From the sequence record OL825705.1: 64,000 bases of DNA; one strand, 5' to 3'. The position numbers and the translations under genes are program-made. This stretch comes from Escherichia phage vB_EcoM_DE7. The notes below the pieces were generated by a model that had not been told where the DNA came from, searched no databases, and saw nothing but the letters and a program-made list of their open reading frames with translations. This document shows, piece by piece, positions 18,307 through 28,125 of this stretch (the stretch's first letter is position 1; each line of letters opens with the position of its first letter).

Positions 18307-19206
18307 TTACTTACCTACTGACAAAGGTGCTTCAATCTTTCCTGCATGTTGGTAATTGTTAATACCACCAATAAAGTCACTTGCAGTGAGATGTTTTAAG
18401 TCACTTAAAGTGTTAAGTGGGATACCAATCTCAAAAGTTGGTGCATGGAACTCTTCATTGTTCATCAGTTCATAAACCTGCTTCATATGATTCTGATAAA
18501 TCTGAGTATCCCCAAAGACACCTATCAAGTACCGTGGAGTGTATCCAGTCATCTTACAAAGAACTTCCAGAATAAAACCATAAGATGCAATATTAAACGG
18601 AAGTCCTAAAAAGGTGTCTACTGAACGCTGATACCATTGTAAGTCAACTTCACCCTCGTTAGTAATATAAATCTGAAACAGAACATGACAAGGTGCTAGA
18701 GCCATTGAGTTTGCTGCAATATCTGCTGCATTCCAAGCATTAACAAGCATGTAACGGTCTGTGATATCACCTTTCATCTTCGTTACTAAGGCCTCTAGTT
18801 GGTCTACAACACAACCGTTATGACCTTCAAAGTTTCTCCACTGAACCCCATAAATTCTTCCACCTGCATCTTCTAACCAATCTTGTTCAGAAGAGTAATT
18901 AGAGCTTAACCAGCGTTTAAAATCATCTGACCAGATTGTCCAACGTTCTCCGTCATTTTCATCCCAAGTACGGTAACGGAGTTCACCAAGCTTATTCTCA
19001 CCGTTCAGGAACCATAAAGCTTCCCCAATAACTTGCCGTGTAAACACCTGTTTAGATGTTAAGAGAGGGAAACCAGTTCGCATATCAAAACGAAACTGAG
19101 GTGGAGCAAATGCAGAGATAACATCTCCAGTTCGTGTAGTACGCAGTTCACCGACGGATAAAACATGGTTCAGGATATTTTTGTAACTTGAATCTGCTTG
19201 TGACAT
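18307..19206 (-). CDS. thyA: thymidylate synthase
   Basis: ThyA signatures in translation: FPLLTSK, ALWFLNG, active-site LAPCHVLFQIY, QRSVDTFLGLPFNIASYG. Confidence 0.9.
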   Translation of the reverse strand: MSQADSSYKNILNHVLSVGELRTTRTGDVISAFAPPQFRFDMRTGFPLLTSKQVFTRQVIGEALWFLNGENKLGELRYRTWDENDGERWTIWSDDFKRWLSSNYSSEQDWLEDAGGRIYGVQWRNFEGHNGCVVDQLEALVTKMKGDITDRYMLVNAWNAADIAANSMALAPCHVLFQIYITNEGEVDLQWYQRSVDTFLGLPFNIASYGFILEVLCKMTGYTPRYLIGVFGDTQIYQNHMKQVYELMNNEEFHAPTFEIGIPLNTLSDLKHLTASDFIGGINNYQHAGKIEAPLSVGK

Positions 19207-19207
19207 A

Positions 19208-19753
19208 TTAAAAGTGTCCTTTTACTTGTGGAACATAAATTTCAAAAGTTGCTTTACCATCCTCTGATGGTTTTGACTGTACCTTTGTAAATACATGGTT
19301 ATCATACAGCTTCTCAAAGAAGTTTTCAAAAGGTAAATACACAGTGGCCTCTTCAGTAACTTTATGGAAAACTGTATGGAACACTACACCAGCATACGGT
19401 AAAGCATTGACAAGGACACCTGCACCACCAATTACAAAGACATCTTCATCAATAGAGCTATCAAGATACTTCAAAAATGCTCCAAATGACTCTTTACTGG
19501 CTTTAGCATACATTACATCATCTTTGCCAAAGTCTATGCCTAAGTATGGTACAGAATTTGTTAAGATGAGGTTTGCACGTTCTGGTAAAGGTTTACTACC
19601 CAGAGTCTTAAAAGTCTCATTCCCCATCACTACTAAGTTATTTTTAGTGAGTCTCTTAAACTCTTGCATGTCCTGTTTATGTCGAGGCCACGGCATACCA
19701 GTTGGAGTACCAAACTCACCATTTTCACCACTTGCAAAGATTAATTTAATCAT
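19208..19753 (-). CDS. frd: dihydrofolate reductase
   Basis: N-terminal IFASGENGEFGTPTGMPW and VVMGNETFKTLG motifs typical of DHFR; adjacent to thyA. Confidence 0.85.
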   Translation of the reverse strand: MIKLIFASGENGEFGTPTGMPWPRHKQDMQEFKRLTKNNLVVMGNETFKTLGSKPLPERANLILTNSVPYLGIDFGKDDVMYAKASKESFGAFLKYLDSSIDEDVFVIGGAGVLVNALPYAGVVFHTVFHKVTEEATVYLPFENFFEKLYDNHVFTKVQSKPSEDGKATFEIYVPQVKGHF

Positions 19754-20010
19754 TTTGTAAACCCTTTCTTAATGAACCAGTTGATAACAGTCTTCACAGC
19801 TTTATTGCTATGGTAGATTAAGTGTGGTGTAGGTTGGTATGAACCATAAGCCCAGAAAGCAATGATTTCACTACACCCTGTACACCTTGTGCTCTCTTCA
19901 GCAATATGACCGTTGACTATTTCACTCACCTCACCTTGCAAGTCTGTACACCCACAATGTGGACAACGTATAGGTGCTCCATCAGACTCATAGCAGTGTT
20001 CAATTTTCAT
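19750..20010 (-). CDS. small zinc-ribbon protein (hypothetical)
   Basis: 86 aa with CPHCGC ... CTGC cysteine pairs. Confidence 0.4.
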   Translation of the reverse strand: MKIEHCYESDGAPIRCPHCGCTDLQGEVSEIVNGHIAEESTRCTGCSEIIAFWAYGSYQPTPHLIYHSNKAVKTVINWFIKKGFTK

Positions 20011-20532
20011 CTATTTAACCTCAAAAACTGGCTCAAGAACCAATATAAAGTCTACACAGTCATCTTCTTCATCCAGAATACCATCAAAGTTCTTAGGAAC
20101 GAAGTCGAAGAGGCTCATAACAAAACAGTCAGAAGTAACCCTTATAGTGCCTCCCATATTCTCTACAGTCAACACTGTACGGCTTTCTTTTACCTCTCGC
20201 AGAAGATTGCTCACAAAGTCATCTAAGAAGTACTTCATCAGTGACTTAAAGCCTTTAGGGTAATCTGTACCAGAGTATGTTTCAATCTGAGGTACAAGCT
20301 TAACATTTATACTAGTCTTTGTTAAGAATGTGCTAGAGAACATGCTATCAGGTAGCTTACAAACAGTCTTTCCAGTACCTTCATGTTCAATCTCAACAAA
20401 ACCAGCTTCATCACCACACGTGACTATTTTAAAAGATGCTTCATTCTCATACTGTGAAGCCATAAACTTTTTAAGCATCACTTTAAGGAAGTCTGCATGA
20501 GCATCTTGTAAGTAGATATCAATCATAGTCAA
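20011..20532 (-). CDS. hypothetical protein
   Basis: 173-aa ORF in co-oriented tightly packed block. Confidence 0.4.
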   Translation of the reverse strand: MTMIDIYLQDAHADFLKVMLKKFMASQYENEASFKIVTCGDEAGFVEIEHEGTGKTVCKLPDSMFSSTFLTKTSINVKLVPQIETYSGTDYPKGFKSLMKYFLDDFVSNLLREVKESRTVLTVENMGGTIRVTSDCFVMSLFDFVPKNFDGILDEEDDCVDFILVLEPVFEVK

Positions 20533-20539
20533 TCACCTA

Positions 20540-20899
20540 TTATGGGAACAGACACTTGATGTCATCATTTTTGAAAACAAAACTTGTGTAATTGTGACCG
20601 TCAACATCCAGCCAAACAGCCTGAACATCTACACCATCAAGATTGTGGTAAAGCTCTTTGATGAAGTGGTCTTTTACAATCTGACTACTAGTGGTTTCCA
20701 GCTTAATGTTTGAGATTGCTGAACCTACAGCCATATAGCCCATGACACGTTTCTTTTCAGTATGCTTAATCTTACCATCTTTGTAAGCCATAATGAGATT
20801 GGAAAGAATCTTCACACCATAATACTTTTCAAGGTGAGTAGGTACACCATAAAAGCCTAATGCAAAGTTTTCAGAGTGGATAATGTTTTCACGTTTCAT
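20540..20899 (-). CDS. hypothetical protein
   Basis: 119-aa ORF, co-oriented block. Confidence 0.4.
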   Translation of the reverse strand: MKRENIIHSENFALGFYGVPTHLEKYYGVKILSNLIMAYKDGKIKHTEKKRVMGYMAVGSAISNIKLETTSSQIVKDHFIKELYHNLDGVDVQAVWLDVDGHNYTSFVFKNDDIKCLFP

Positions 20900-20900
20900 A

Positions 20901-21230
20901 TTAATCTGCCAGCCTTAAATTAAAATTAACACCAAATTTTTCGCATACTTCCAACATATACTCAAGGGAGACATTACCAGTGAGGTGGATTATGTTGGAT
21001 ACACGAGCCTGAGAGATACCACAAATTTTAGCAACTTGCTCTTGAGAAAGACCTCTGGATTTAATCTCTCTCTTAAAACGATGTGCAACGAAATCTCTCA
21101 TTTCGTCTACATCCATTGGACAAATATAACTTTCCATTTCAGCCTCTCTGTCAGCCTCCCAATCATCTTGTGGAGCATAAGGGTCAAAAACCTCATTCAT
21201 CTTTCTTCTTCCGTTTTCGTGAAGTGTCAA
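20901..21230 (-). CDS. HTH (XRE-like) DNA-binding protein
   Basis: C-terminal helix-turn-helix-like segment LSQEQVAKICGISQARVSNI. Confidence 0.5.
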   Translation of the reverse strand: MTLHENGRRKMNEVFDPYAPQDDWEADREAEMESYICPMDVDEMRDFVAHRFKREIKSRGLSQEQVAKICGISQARVSNIIHLTGNVSLEYMLEVCEKFGVNFNLRLAD

Positions 21231-21405
21231 TCAATGAATCTATGTTTGTAGCCCTAACCTTTTCACGTTCATCGTTAAGATAATCATCAAGAGCCTTTTC
21301 AATCTGTGAATCATCTTGACAGATAACTGTAAAGACTGTAAAGCCATCTGTATCATCAATTATCTTACCATAACCGCTTCTGGGATGTAACTTTTTAAGA
21401 GCCAT
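21193..21405 (-). CDS. hypothetical protein
   Basis: 70-aa ORF with basic C-terminus. Confidence 0.3.
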   Translation of the reverse strand: MALKKLHPRSGYGKIIDDTDGFTVFTVICQDDSQIEKALDDYLNDEREKVRATNIDSLIDTSRKRKKKDE

Positions 21406-21406
21406 A

Positions 21407-21790
21407 TCAAATACCTGTGCAGCTTCTGTTTTCTAAGAAATACTCAACACCATACATAGCTTTTTGCATCAAATCTTCTTTAAACTGGATACGATGATTA
21501 AGCATAGCCTGTACATCAATATCATCATGGTGTTTCTCTTTAATATTTGCAGATTGCAGGAAATACTCTGCAAGAACACGATACTGATAGTCAGTTACCT
21601 TATCAGTCATCTCTGTTAAAGACTCTTCAGAGATTGGTTTAAGCAACTCACCATTAGATAGCGCAACACCTTTTACAATCTGGCAAGTATCTTCTGGAAC
21701 ACCTGATAAGTCCACATTTGGGAGTTCTGTTGCATTGACTGGTAAATTCATTGCCATAACCATTGCAGCAGCTAATAAAATCTTTTTCAT
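21407..21790 (-). CDS. secreted/periplasmic protein (signal peptide)
   Basis: N-terminus MKKILLAAAMVMAMNLPVNA resembles a Sec signal peptide. Confidence 0.45.
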   Translation of the reverse strand: MKKILLAAAMVMAMNLPVNATELPNVDLSGVPEDTCQIVKGVALSNGELLKPISEESLTEMTDKVTDYQYRVLAEYFLQSANIKEKHHDDIDVQAMLNHRIQFKEDLMQKAMYGVEYFLENRSCTGI

Positions 21791-21896
21791 AATGACCTCA
21801 AAGTTATATTAAATTTTATATTACATTGAGTATAAAAAATAAGCTATAACACCTGACTTGTCAACAGATTTTATAGCTTACTTGGCAGATTTTTTA

Positions 21897-21975
21897 TAAG
21901 GCTACTGCCATCCTTCCATACCAAACCACACCAAACCCTGCCAAACCAGAGCCTACTAGACCATACCGAACCAAA
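21897..21975. repeat. CCAAACC direct repeat cluster (GGTTTGG on coding strand)
   Basis: CCAAACC x3 plus CGAACCAAAC within ~70 bp in the intergenic region upstream of the 21790 gene. Confidence 0.4.
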
Positions 21976-22079
21976 CATCACTTAAGAACCTTTTAAAAGT
22001 GTTTTTAAGTGATGCTGGTGAGTACCCGTTGGTTTATGCTGCTCAGTATACTCACCAAATTTTCTATGTCAACAACTTT

Positions 22080-23216
22080 TTATTCGTAGTCTCGAATAAC
22101 TAACCCAACAGGGAACTGTAAAGAACCTTTACGAGTCATCTTCTGGAACTGAACCGTTAAAGGCTTCCCGATAAACTCTTCAGGATGCTCAGCAAGATAC
22201 TGTTTCTTCTCATGAGTAGTCTTCCATGAGACATCTACAAAGACGTTAGGGAGAGTCTCTACAACGAACTTGCCATGACCACGTTTATCGGTCTTGACAC
22301 CAGTCACTTTAAACTCTTCAGTGTGCATCTTCTTGTGCTTAATCAAGAAGTATGAACGGTGACAACACTCATAGAAGGAGTCTTCAGAGATTGAACGGTA
22401 CATTGCACCTTCAAACTTAGCTTCAACCCACTTATCATGGGCTTCATCAAACTCTTCCCAAGAGTTAACACGACGAGACTTAACAGGGACAACTTTACAG
22501 CCATCTCTGAAATCATTCAATGGTGAAGTCTCAATAATATCTCTACGCTCAGGCCACGTCATAGTGCTGTCACAGATATCGTACCAGTAGAACTGGAGTA
22601 GATGTCGGTCTGGATTGTCAGCATTCTTAATCATAGACACAATATCTTCTAAGTCCCAACCATGAGCATAAATCTCACCATCAAAGTCTTCGACTTGTGG
22701 ATGCAATTTAAGCAACAAAAGCAAATCTGGGATTAGTTCTGCTGGGACGTTGTAAACAGTATTCTCACGAGAATAAGCCGTGAAACTAACTGAATCAGCG
22801 TCTCTTGAAATTCTACAACGAACACCATCAAGTTTTGGTTGAGCATCAGCAGGGAACCTCAAATACTTTGCGTGACTAACCTTTGCAGCATCATGAGCAA
22901 GCTGTACACCTACCTTCTCAGTGTTCTGTGCAGACTCTTTTGTGTAAGCATAGCCTTTACGGTCAACCTGCTTTTTATACTTAGCAGAAACTTCAAAGAG
23001 AGCTTGCTGTTCAGCGTTACGCTCATTCTTTTTACCGATGTTTTTAGGTTCTGCTGTATACTCTTCAAACATCATCTTGCCATTTTCTTTACCATAGGTT
23101 GTGATAACTTTGTCACCTACAGCAACGCATGACCAGACGTTAAAAGAGCCGTCTTTATTTTGTTTGTATAGAATTGTCATTTTTAACCTCTGAGTGATAC
23201 CAAGTGTTGCAAGCAT
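22080..23216 (-). CDS. ATP-dependent DNA ligase
   Basis: Adenylation motif I KLDGVR in a 378-aa protein. Confidence 0.85.
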   Translation of the reverse strand: MLATLGITQRLKMTILYKQNKDGSFNVWSCVAVGDKVITTYGKENGKMMFEEYTAEPKNIGKKNERNAEQQALFEVSAKYKKQVDRKGYAYTKESAQNTEKVGVQLAHDAAKVSHAKYLRFPADAQPKLDGVRCRISRDADSVSFTAYSRENTVYNVPAELIPDLLLLLKLHPQVEDFDGEIYAHGWDLEDIVSMIKNADNPDRHLLQFYWYDICDSTMTWPERRDIIETSPLNDFRDGCKVVPVKSRRVNSWEEFDEAHDKWVEAKFEGAMYRSISEDSFYECCHRSYFLIKHKKMHTEEFKVTGVKTDKRGHGKFVVETLPNVFVDVSWKTTHEKKQYLAEHPEEFIGKPLTVQFQKMTRKGSLQFPVGLVIRDYE

Positions 23217-23373
23217 TACATGCGTAAAGCTCTAAGTCATTTTTATCTGGTTTATGGAAACAGTTTGACCCGCAACGACACCTGAATAGCTTACCATCAA
23301 CACGAAGAATGAATGTTTCAAGCTCACCATCTTCTGTAAGAACTGCGTTCTTAAATTTATCTTCTACAGTCAT
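23155..23373 (-). CDS. zinc-binding small protein (hypothetical)
   Basis: 72 aa with CRCGSNC ... CNACN. Confidence 0.35.
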   Translation of the reverse strand: MTVEDKFKNAVLTEDGELETFILRVDGKLFRCRCGSNCFHKPDKNDLELYACNACNTWYHSEVKNDNSIQTK

Positions 23374-23576
23374 TTTCTCTTACCACCAATCTCTACGTCG
23401 ATAACCTGAACATCACTAGCAACATCAAACTTGTGAATGATGCTTTCCACAGTGTAAGTCCAACCCTCGATTCTAACCAACTCACCTTCTCGTGGGACGA
23501 TTGGGTTACGTTGAGCTACGGTTGTAGTGGAGTGAATAACATCATAACAGTAGATATAGTTTACTAGGACTTCCAT
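23370..23576 (-). CDS. hypothetical protein
   Basis: 68-aa ORF coupled to downstream gene. Confidence 0.35.
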   Translation of the reverse strand: MEVLVNYIYCYDVIHSTTTVAQRNPIVPREGELVRIEGWTYTVESIIHKFDVASDVQVIDVEIGGKRK

Positions 23577-23585
23577 ACCTTTTCC

Positions 23586-23738
23586 TTAAAATGATAAGTC
23601 AACACTGATACGTTCACCCTTAAGGACTCCTGTGCGGTCTCTTGCAATCTTACCGTCAACAATAAGGATATGCGCAGACTTTAAAGATTCACTATTAAAA
23701 CCTTTTACGAACTTACTAGGCATCACCACAATAAGCAT
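23586..23738 (-). CDS. small ORF (hypothetical, about 50 aa) not in the ORF track
   Basis: Hand-translated from the reverse complement; preceded in frame by a 17-codon ORF with AGGAGG SD (start 23804) ending in TAG. Confidence 0.2.
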   Translation of the reverse strand: MLIVVMPSKFVKGFNSESLKSAHILIVDGKIARDRTGVLKGERISVDLSF

Positions 23739-23855
23739 CTCTTGAATCAACTATGGAGTATAGCAATTGTCGTGAAGTTGCTGAATAACGTCTGCAAGTG
23801 TCATATAACCTCCTATATAAGATATTGTATAAGGTACTCTTCCATGAGCACCTTG

Positions 23856-24371
23856 TCAAGATAGTTTTGCAAACTCTCCGTGGAGTTTCACAGCAGCTTC
23901 ACAGTAAGCTTTATGGGCTTCTTCTTCTGTTGTGTACGTCCCGATATGTATAGTCTTACCATTATGGTTAATCTGGGCTTTCCACTTACCAGACTTACTT
24001 CTACTTGTACCTTTTAAGTTTTTTGATGTTCTAGGTTGCCTCCTATTAGACATGTTCTGTTCTTTTGTGGCCTCTCTAAGATTGTCCCAAGCATTATTCA
24101 AACCGTTCCCGTCTTTGTGGTCAATATGATTGTCAGGCCACTTACCTGTCATCCAGAACCAAGCAATTCGGTGATTGCCTGTCCTGTATCCTAAAATCTG
24201 GGTTTGCATATACACACCAGACCTTGTGCGCTTGATTGTACCAGCCTGTCTTCCAATCACCACCCTACTGCTATGTGGAGGTCTGCCAATCCAAGTCAAG
24301 ACCCCTGTTTCGGGGTCGTAGTCTAACCAAGATTTTAACTGTTCATGTGTGAATCCACAATCTCTCATCAA
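23856..24371 (-). CDS. HNH homing endonuclease with AP2-like DNA-binding domain
   Basis: HNH motif IDHKDGNGLNNAWDNLREATKEQN plus C-terminal AP2-like segment SGKWKAQINHNGKTIHIGTYTTEEEAHKAY. Confidence 0.75.
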   Translation of the reverse strand: MMRDCGFTHEQLKSWLDYDPETGVLTWIGRPPHSSRVVIGRQAGTIKRTRSGVYMQTQILGYRTGNHRIAWFWMTGKWPDNHIDHKDGNGLNNAWDNLREATKEQNMSNRRQPRTSKNLKGTSRSKSGKWKAQINHNGKTIHIGTYTTEEEAHKAYCEAAVKLHGEFAKLS

Positions 24372-24927
24372 TGTACCTCATACCACGATTTACCAACCTT
24401 TGCTGTACCAGTTACAAGTGTTTCTTTCCTCAAACCTAAGTTTTTTGAAGCTTGTCCATACATCCAGTCAGCAATTGCTTTCATATCATGTGTCATACCC
24501 TCTGGACATTCCCAACTATTTTCATCGTGATATGCCAGAAGTAACCTTGCTCCGATAGCTGGTTTTCGAGCATTCAGTTTTGTCAGACCATCTTCACAGG
24601 CTTTTCTTGCTGCTAGGTTGATGGCCTCATTCTGAATCTGTGCTTCCGAACTCATCAGGAGGTAGTTCAGTAGTTTATGTGGAGATTTGCACCATATCCA
24701 TGCTCCAGCGACCCTGATATAACCACCTTTAGCAATTGAAGAATTCTTCCCAAAAACCTCTTCCAGAGCCTTTTTAGACGCCTTAAAATCGGCTTCTAAG
24801 CTATCAAGTAACTTCTTAATCTTTGGCAGACGCATATAGTAGGTCTGCTTAGTCAATGCACCTTCCTCTGTAGAAGCTGCCTTAATGGTTTTGGCAAACT
24901 TCTCATCACCTGCACCGAACAATACAT
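24368..24927 (-). CDS. DNA polymerase (family A), exon 2
   Basis: Begins with motif B remainder LFGAGDEK and ends ...KSWYEVH like the Pol I C-terminus; no ATG, joined to exon 1 by splicing (junction +/- 3 nt). Confidence 0.7.
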
Positions 24928-25732
24928 CTGGTCAATACACTCGCAAGGTGTACCAGTTCTCTTATGAACTTCTCCGCATTTCTACGGAGTGTCGGACTAT
25001 ATCACGTAGTAGTTATACTACCGTTGCACTTGGGAATGGTCATTAGCTTACCACCCTACTCTACTCAGTTCATACATTAAGTATGCTTTTCGATAGTCTC
25101 TGAACGTTTCTCTGTTAGGAATCTCTATAGTTATATCATTTGCTTAGATAGTCAATTGCTCTTTGCATGTTATCAACACTATCTGCAAGCAACCCCAAAG
25201 CTCTGTTGCAATTGTGGCATAACATACCTCTTACCTTTCCGGTTTTATGGTCATGGTCAACAACAAGTTTAGCCTTGTGTCGTGAGCCATTCATGATAAA
25301 ACCTTCACCGCCACAAATTTGACATTTGTAATCACAGTCACGGAGTAGGGCTTCAACCTCTTCTCTTTCCAATCCATATGTTCTTAGGTAGTAATTCTTA
25401 ACTCTACCTTTCTCACCGCAATGTGACGAACAATAAACTTGCCTTGCTGTTCTCGGCATGAACACATTCTCACAACTAGGACATTTCTTAGTAAGAACCC
25501 TGTGTTCCGCCCTTCTGTCAAATTTTAACACACAACTTCTGCACCGTTTTTGATTGTATTGGTACGGTTTAAACTCCGTGCCACACTCAGTGCATAATCT
25601 CTCTTCGTAACCTGCCATTGTCTCTCTCCTTTGTTTTAGGAGTCCTAACAGAGACTTCGCTGCTGATTACCATATCTTTACAGACTTAGGCTTCCAGCAA
25701 TTCACAACGTTTTACATGCGCCACTGACGCAT
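24928..25732 (-). other. group I intron in DNA polymerase gene, carrying an endonuclease ORF
   Basis: Interrupts motif B; stop codon just inside; AGACUA ... GAUAUAGUCCGAC P7-like elements shared with the nrdD intron; hairpin with U-G at proposed 5' splice site; G before exon 2. Confidence 0.6.
25136..25618 (-). CDS. intron-encoded Endo VII-type HNH endonuclease
   Basis: VVDHDHKTGKVRGMLCHNCNRALG motif and zinc-binding cysteines; own SD AAAGGAGAGAGA. Confidence 0.7.
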   Translation of the reverse strand: MAGYEERLCTECGTEFKPYQYNQKRCRSCVLKFDRRAEHRVLTKKCPSCENVFMPRTARQVYCSSHCGEKGRVKNYYLRTYGLEREEVEALLRDCDYKCQICGGEGFIMNGSRHKAKLVVDHDHKTGKVRGMLCHNCNRALGLLADSVDNMQRAIDYLSK

Positions 25733-27902
25733 AAATGCCATTTTTGCTCTTCTTACGACCTTTTGTAATCTCGTGAAGAAGTTCCTCATCCTGTGTCTCC
25801 CTGCAACGAACAATATCCTCTTCTTTGTTAAGACCAAAGTAAATACTGTTCAGTGTATGCGCATCAGTCCCTGTGTAGACTTCATAGAGGTCATTTTCAG
25901 CATCATAACGCAGATACTTGTCAGTTTCTGGGTTAAGATACTTGTCAAGATGTTTACAGTAGTATCTACCATCATCTTGCTTAGTGAACTCTACTGACTC
26001 TTTACCCTCAGTTACCGCTTTAGTGAAGTCTTCATCACCCATAAAGTTACAAAGAAGAACTAGCTGGGCTGAGTTCTGGTCAACAGAAACAATGTTAGTC
26101 CCCTCTTCACAAATCCACACCTCCCTCATAGGTGCTCCATAGACAGCAGCGCCAGACGGTACGTTTACAATACCATATTGAGTCATACGTCCAGTTGAAG
26201 TACCAAATACCATTGCACCAGCACTAAGGCGACCATCAGGACGAATCTGGTTCAACCAACCTTTTTCATCATCCTTTGAGTTCTCAATAGTTCTGCGTCG
26301 GTGCATCAAAGTATAGTATTTAGCAATCTTCTGTCCAAGCTCACCTTCAATCGTATCATAAGATGATTCAGTAAGTTTTGGTGAAGTACGGATTAAACAA
26401 GGTTCAAGTAAATCTGTGTACTTCTTCACAGACCAGTTATGTTCAATGTACTGGACACCTTCATGTTCAACATAACTCAAACCACACCGTTCCACCATCT
26501 CATCCCACTTAGGATGCTTTGTAATCATCTTTTTGTTGTCTTTGAAACGACAAACTTTGACAGGACGACCATCTGAGTCTTTCTTATAGTTCCAGTCATC
26601 TGGAATCCAACCAACTGATTTCAAGTAGTCTTTAACAACCGCTACCTGAGTCATACGAGAAACTTCGAACTCAATTGGTGTATATGGTGCATCAATCAAA
26701 CCTGTGTAGCGACTTGACTCAAGCTCAAAGTGGTTAACAACATGACTGTTATAGTACTTCACAGTTTTTACTGTTTTTACTGGCTTCCAGTCTTTGCATT
26801 TCTTACCAATCTTTGCATTCAACTCATTGCAAATTGCACGAGCATCCTTCATTGCTACAAAACCTTCCTTGTACTCTTCACCAGTTACAGAGTTGGTTGG
26901 TGTATAGCAATTCCGTTTTTCAATGTTAAAAATCTTTGTAGTTGGCTTACCAAATGGCTTGATTTCATATGTCTGCATTTCACCGTTACGTACCTGCTGA
27001 CGATACTTTGTCTTAGGGTACTTGGTAATTCTCTTCAGTCCATCTGCATGACCAAATGCTTCAACATACTCATTCCAAGCTTTTGCAAACTCTTCTCCAG
27101 TGACTTTACCTTTGGTTTTAATAGTCGGAGGTAGATGTGGTTCAACCTCTGAAGCAAGCTCATTAGTCAACTTGTCAAGTTCCTTTACATGAAACTCCAT
27201 AAGTTCTTTATCAGCTTTCCAACCATTGATAGCCTGTTGACTCATCCAGAAAGATGTTTCTTTAGCTCGCATATAGGTTTCATAGGTGTCTACGCCACAC
27301 TTCTTTAACTTCAGATATTCATTATCCAGTGCACGTTTAGTTTTGGCGTTAATACGGATATCCTCTACAACACGAGTGAAGATTTCTGCATTCCACACAC
27401 CCCAATGTTCAATCTCTGGTTTACGTACACCAACACGAGCACCCCATGCAGCCAAGCCATGAGCACCTTTGTAGCCCTTTGGAGTTGGTCTATCCATCCA
27501 CTGAACACGAGACTGGATAAGAGAATCCTGAAAGAAATTACTCCACGGCTTACACTTTGGATTATCAAAGTTCCACAAATCAGGTGCAATGTGATTGAAA
27601 ACCCACCAGTCATATCCCAGACCATTATGGATGCAAAGTCGTTTTGCCTTTAACGCAAACTCAACACCTTCACGCAAACCACCCTTGATGTACTTGGTAT
27701 ACTTGTGACCGAGGATAGGTTCATCTGTAAAGACCCATACAGGTGGCTCTTCATCGTCAGACTTATAGTCTGCGAAAGCCATTACGTGCACTTTAGTGAA
27801 CTCAAGGAGTAAACCATCAGTTTCTGTATCACCAACTAAATGTAAGTTTTTAAAATCTACGTTTTCCATTTCTACTCCCTCTAAATCATTAACCTCATAC
27901 AT
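25733..27902 (-). CDS. DNA polymerase (family A), exon 1 (exonuclease and N-terminal polymerase domains)
   Basis: Pol I-type region DAHTLNSIYFGL ... RKKSKNGIY (motif B start); track ORF 25686..27902 runs 15 codons into the intron before a stop. Confidence 0.8.
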
Positions 27903-28125
27903 TACTGCAAAAAATTATAAAAAGCAAGTTGACAATGTACTTGACAAGGTGTTAATCTTTGCGAAGTGGGTTTTTACTTAAAAGGTTACTTAACAGTTTA
28001 ACTATACAGATACTTTAAAACTCTTAAAAGATTATTTAATAGCTTTTAAAAAGCTTTAAAGTATAACGTATAGAATACGTTAAGATAAAAGATTAAAACT
28101 TAATAGTTACTTAAAAGAGGCTTAC
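27903..28125. promoter_or_regulatory. divergent AT-rich control region between polymerase operon (-) and + strand operon
   Basis: Tandem TTGACA hexamers (TTGACAATGTACTTGACA) and AT-rich spacers; separates divergently transcribed blocks. Confidence 0.4.

Noticed and set aside
18307-19206. dCMP hydroxymethylase instead of thymidylate synthase
   Set aside because: The translation matches ThyA-specific motifs almost residue for residue and the gene is paired with DHFR; a profile comparison would still be needed to be certain.
24928-25732. Intein or simple frameshift as explanation for the split polymerase
   Set aside because: The polymerase frame ends in a stop shortly after the break, and the insert carries an independently initiated endonuclease ORF plus ribozyme-like P7 motifs; inteins are in-frame protein insertions.
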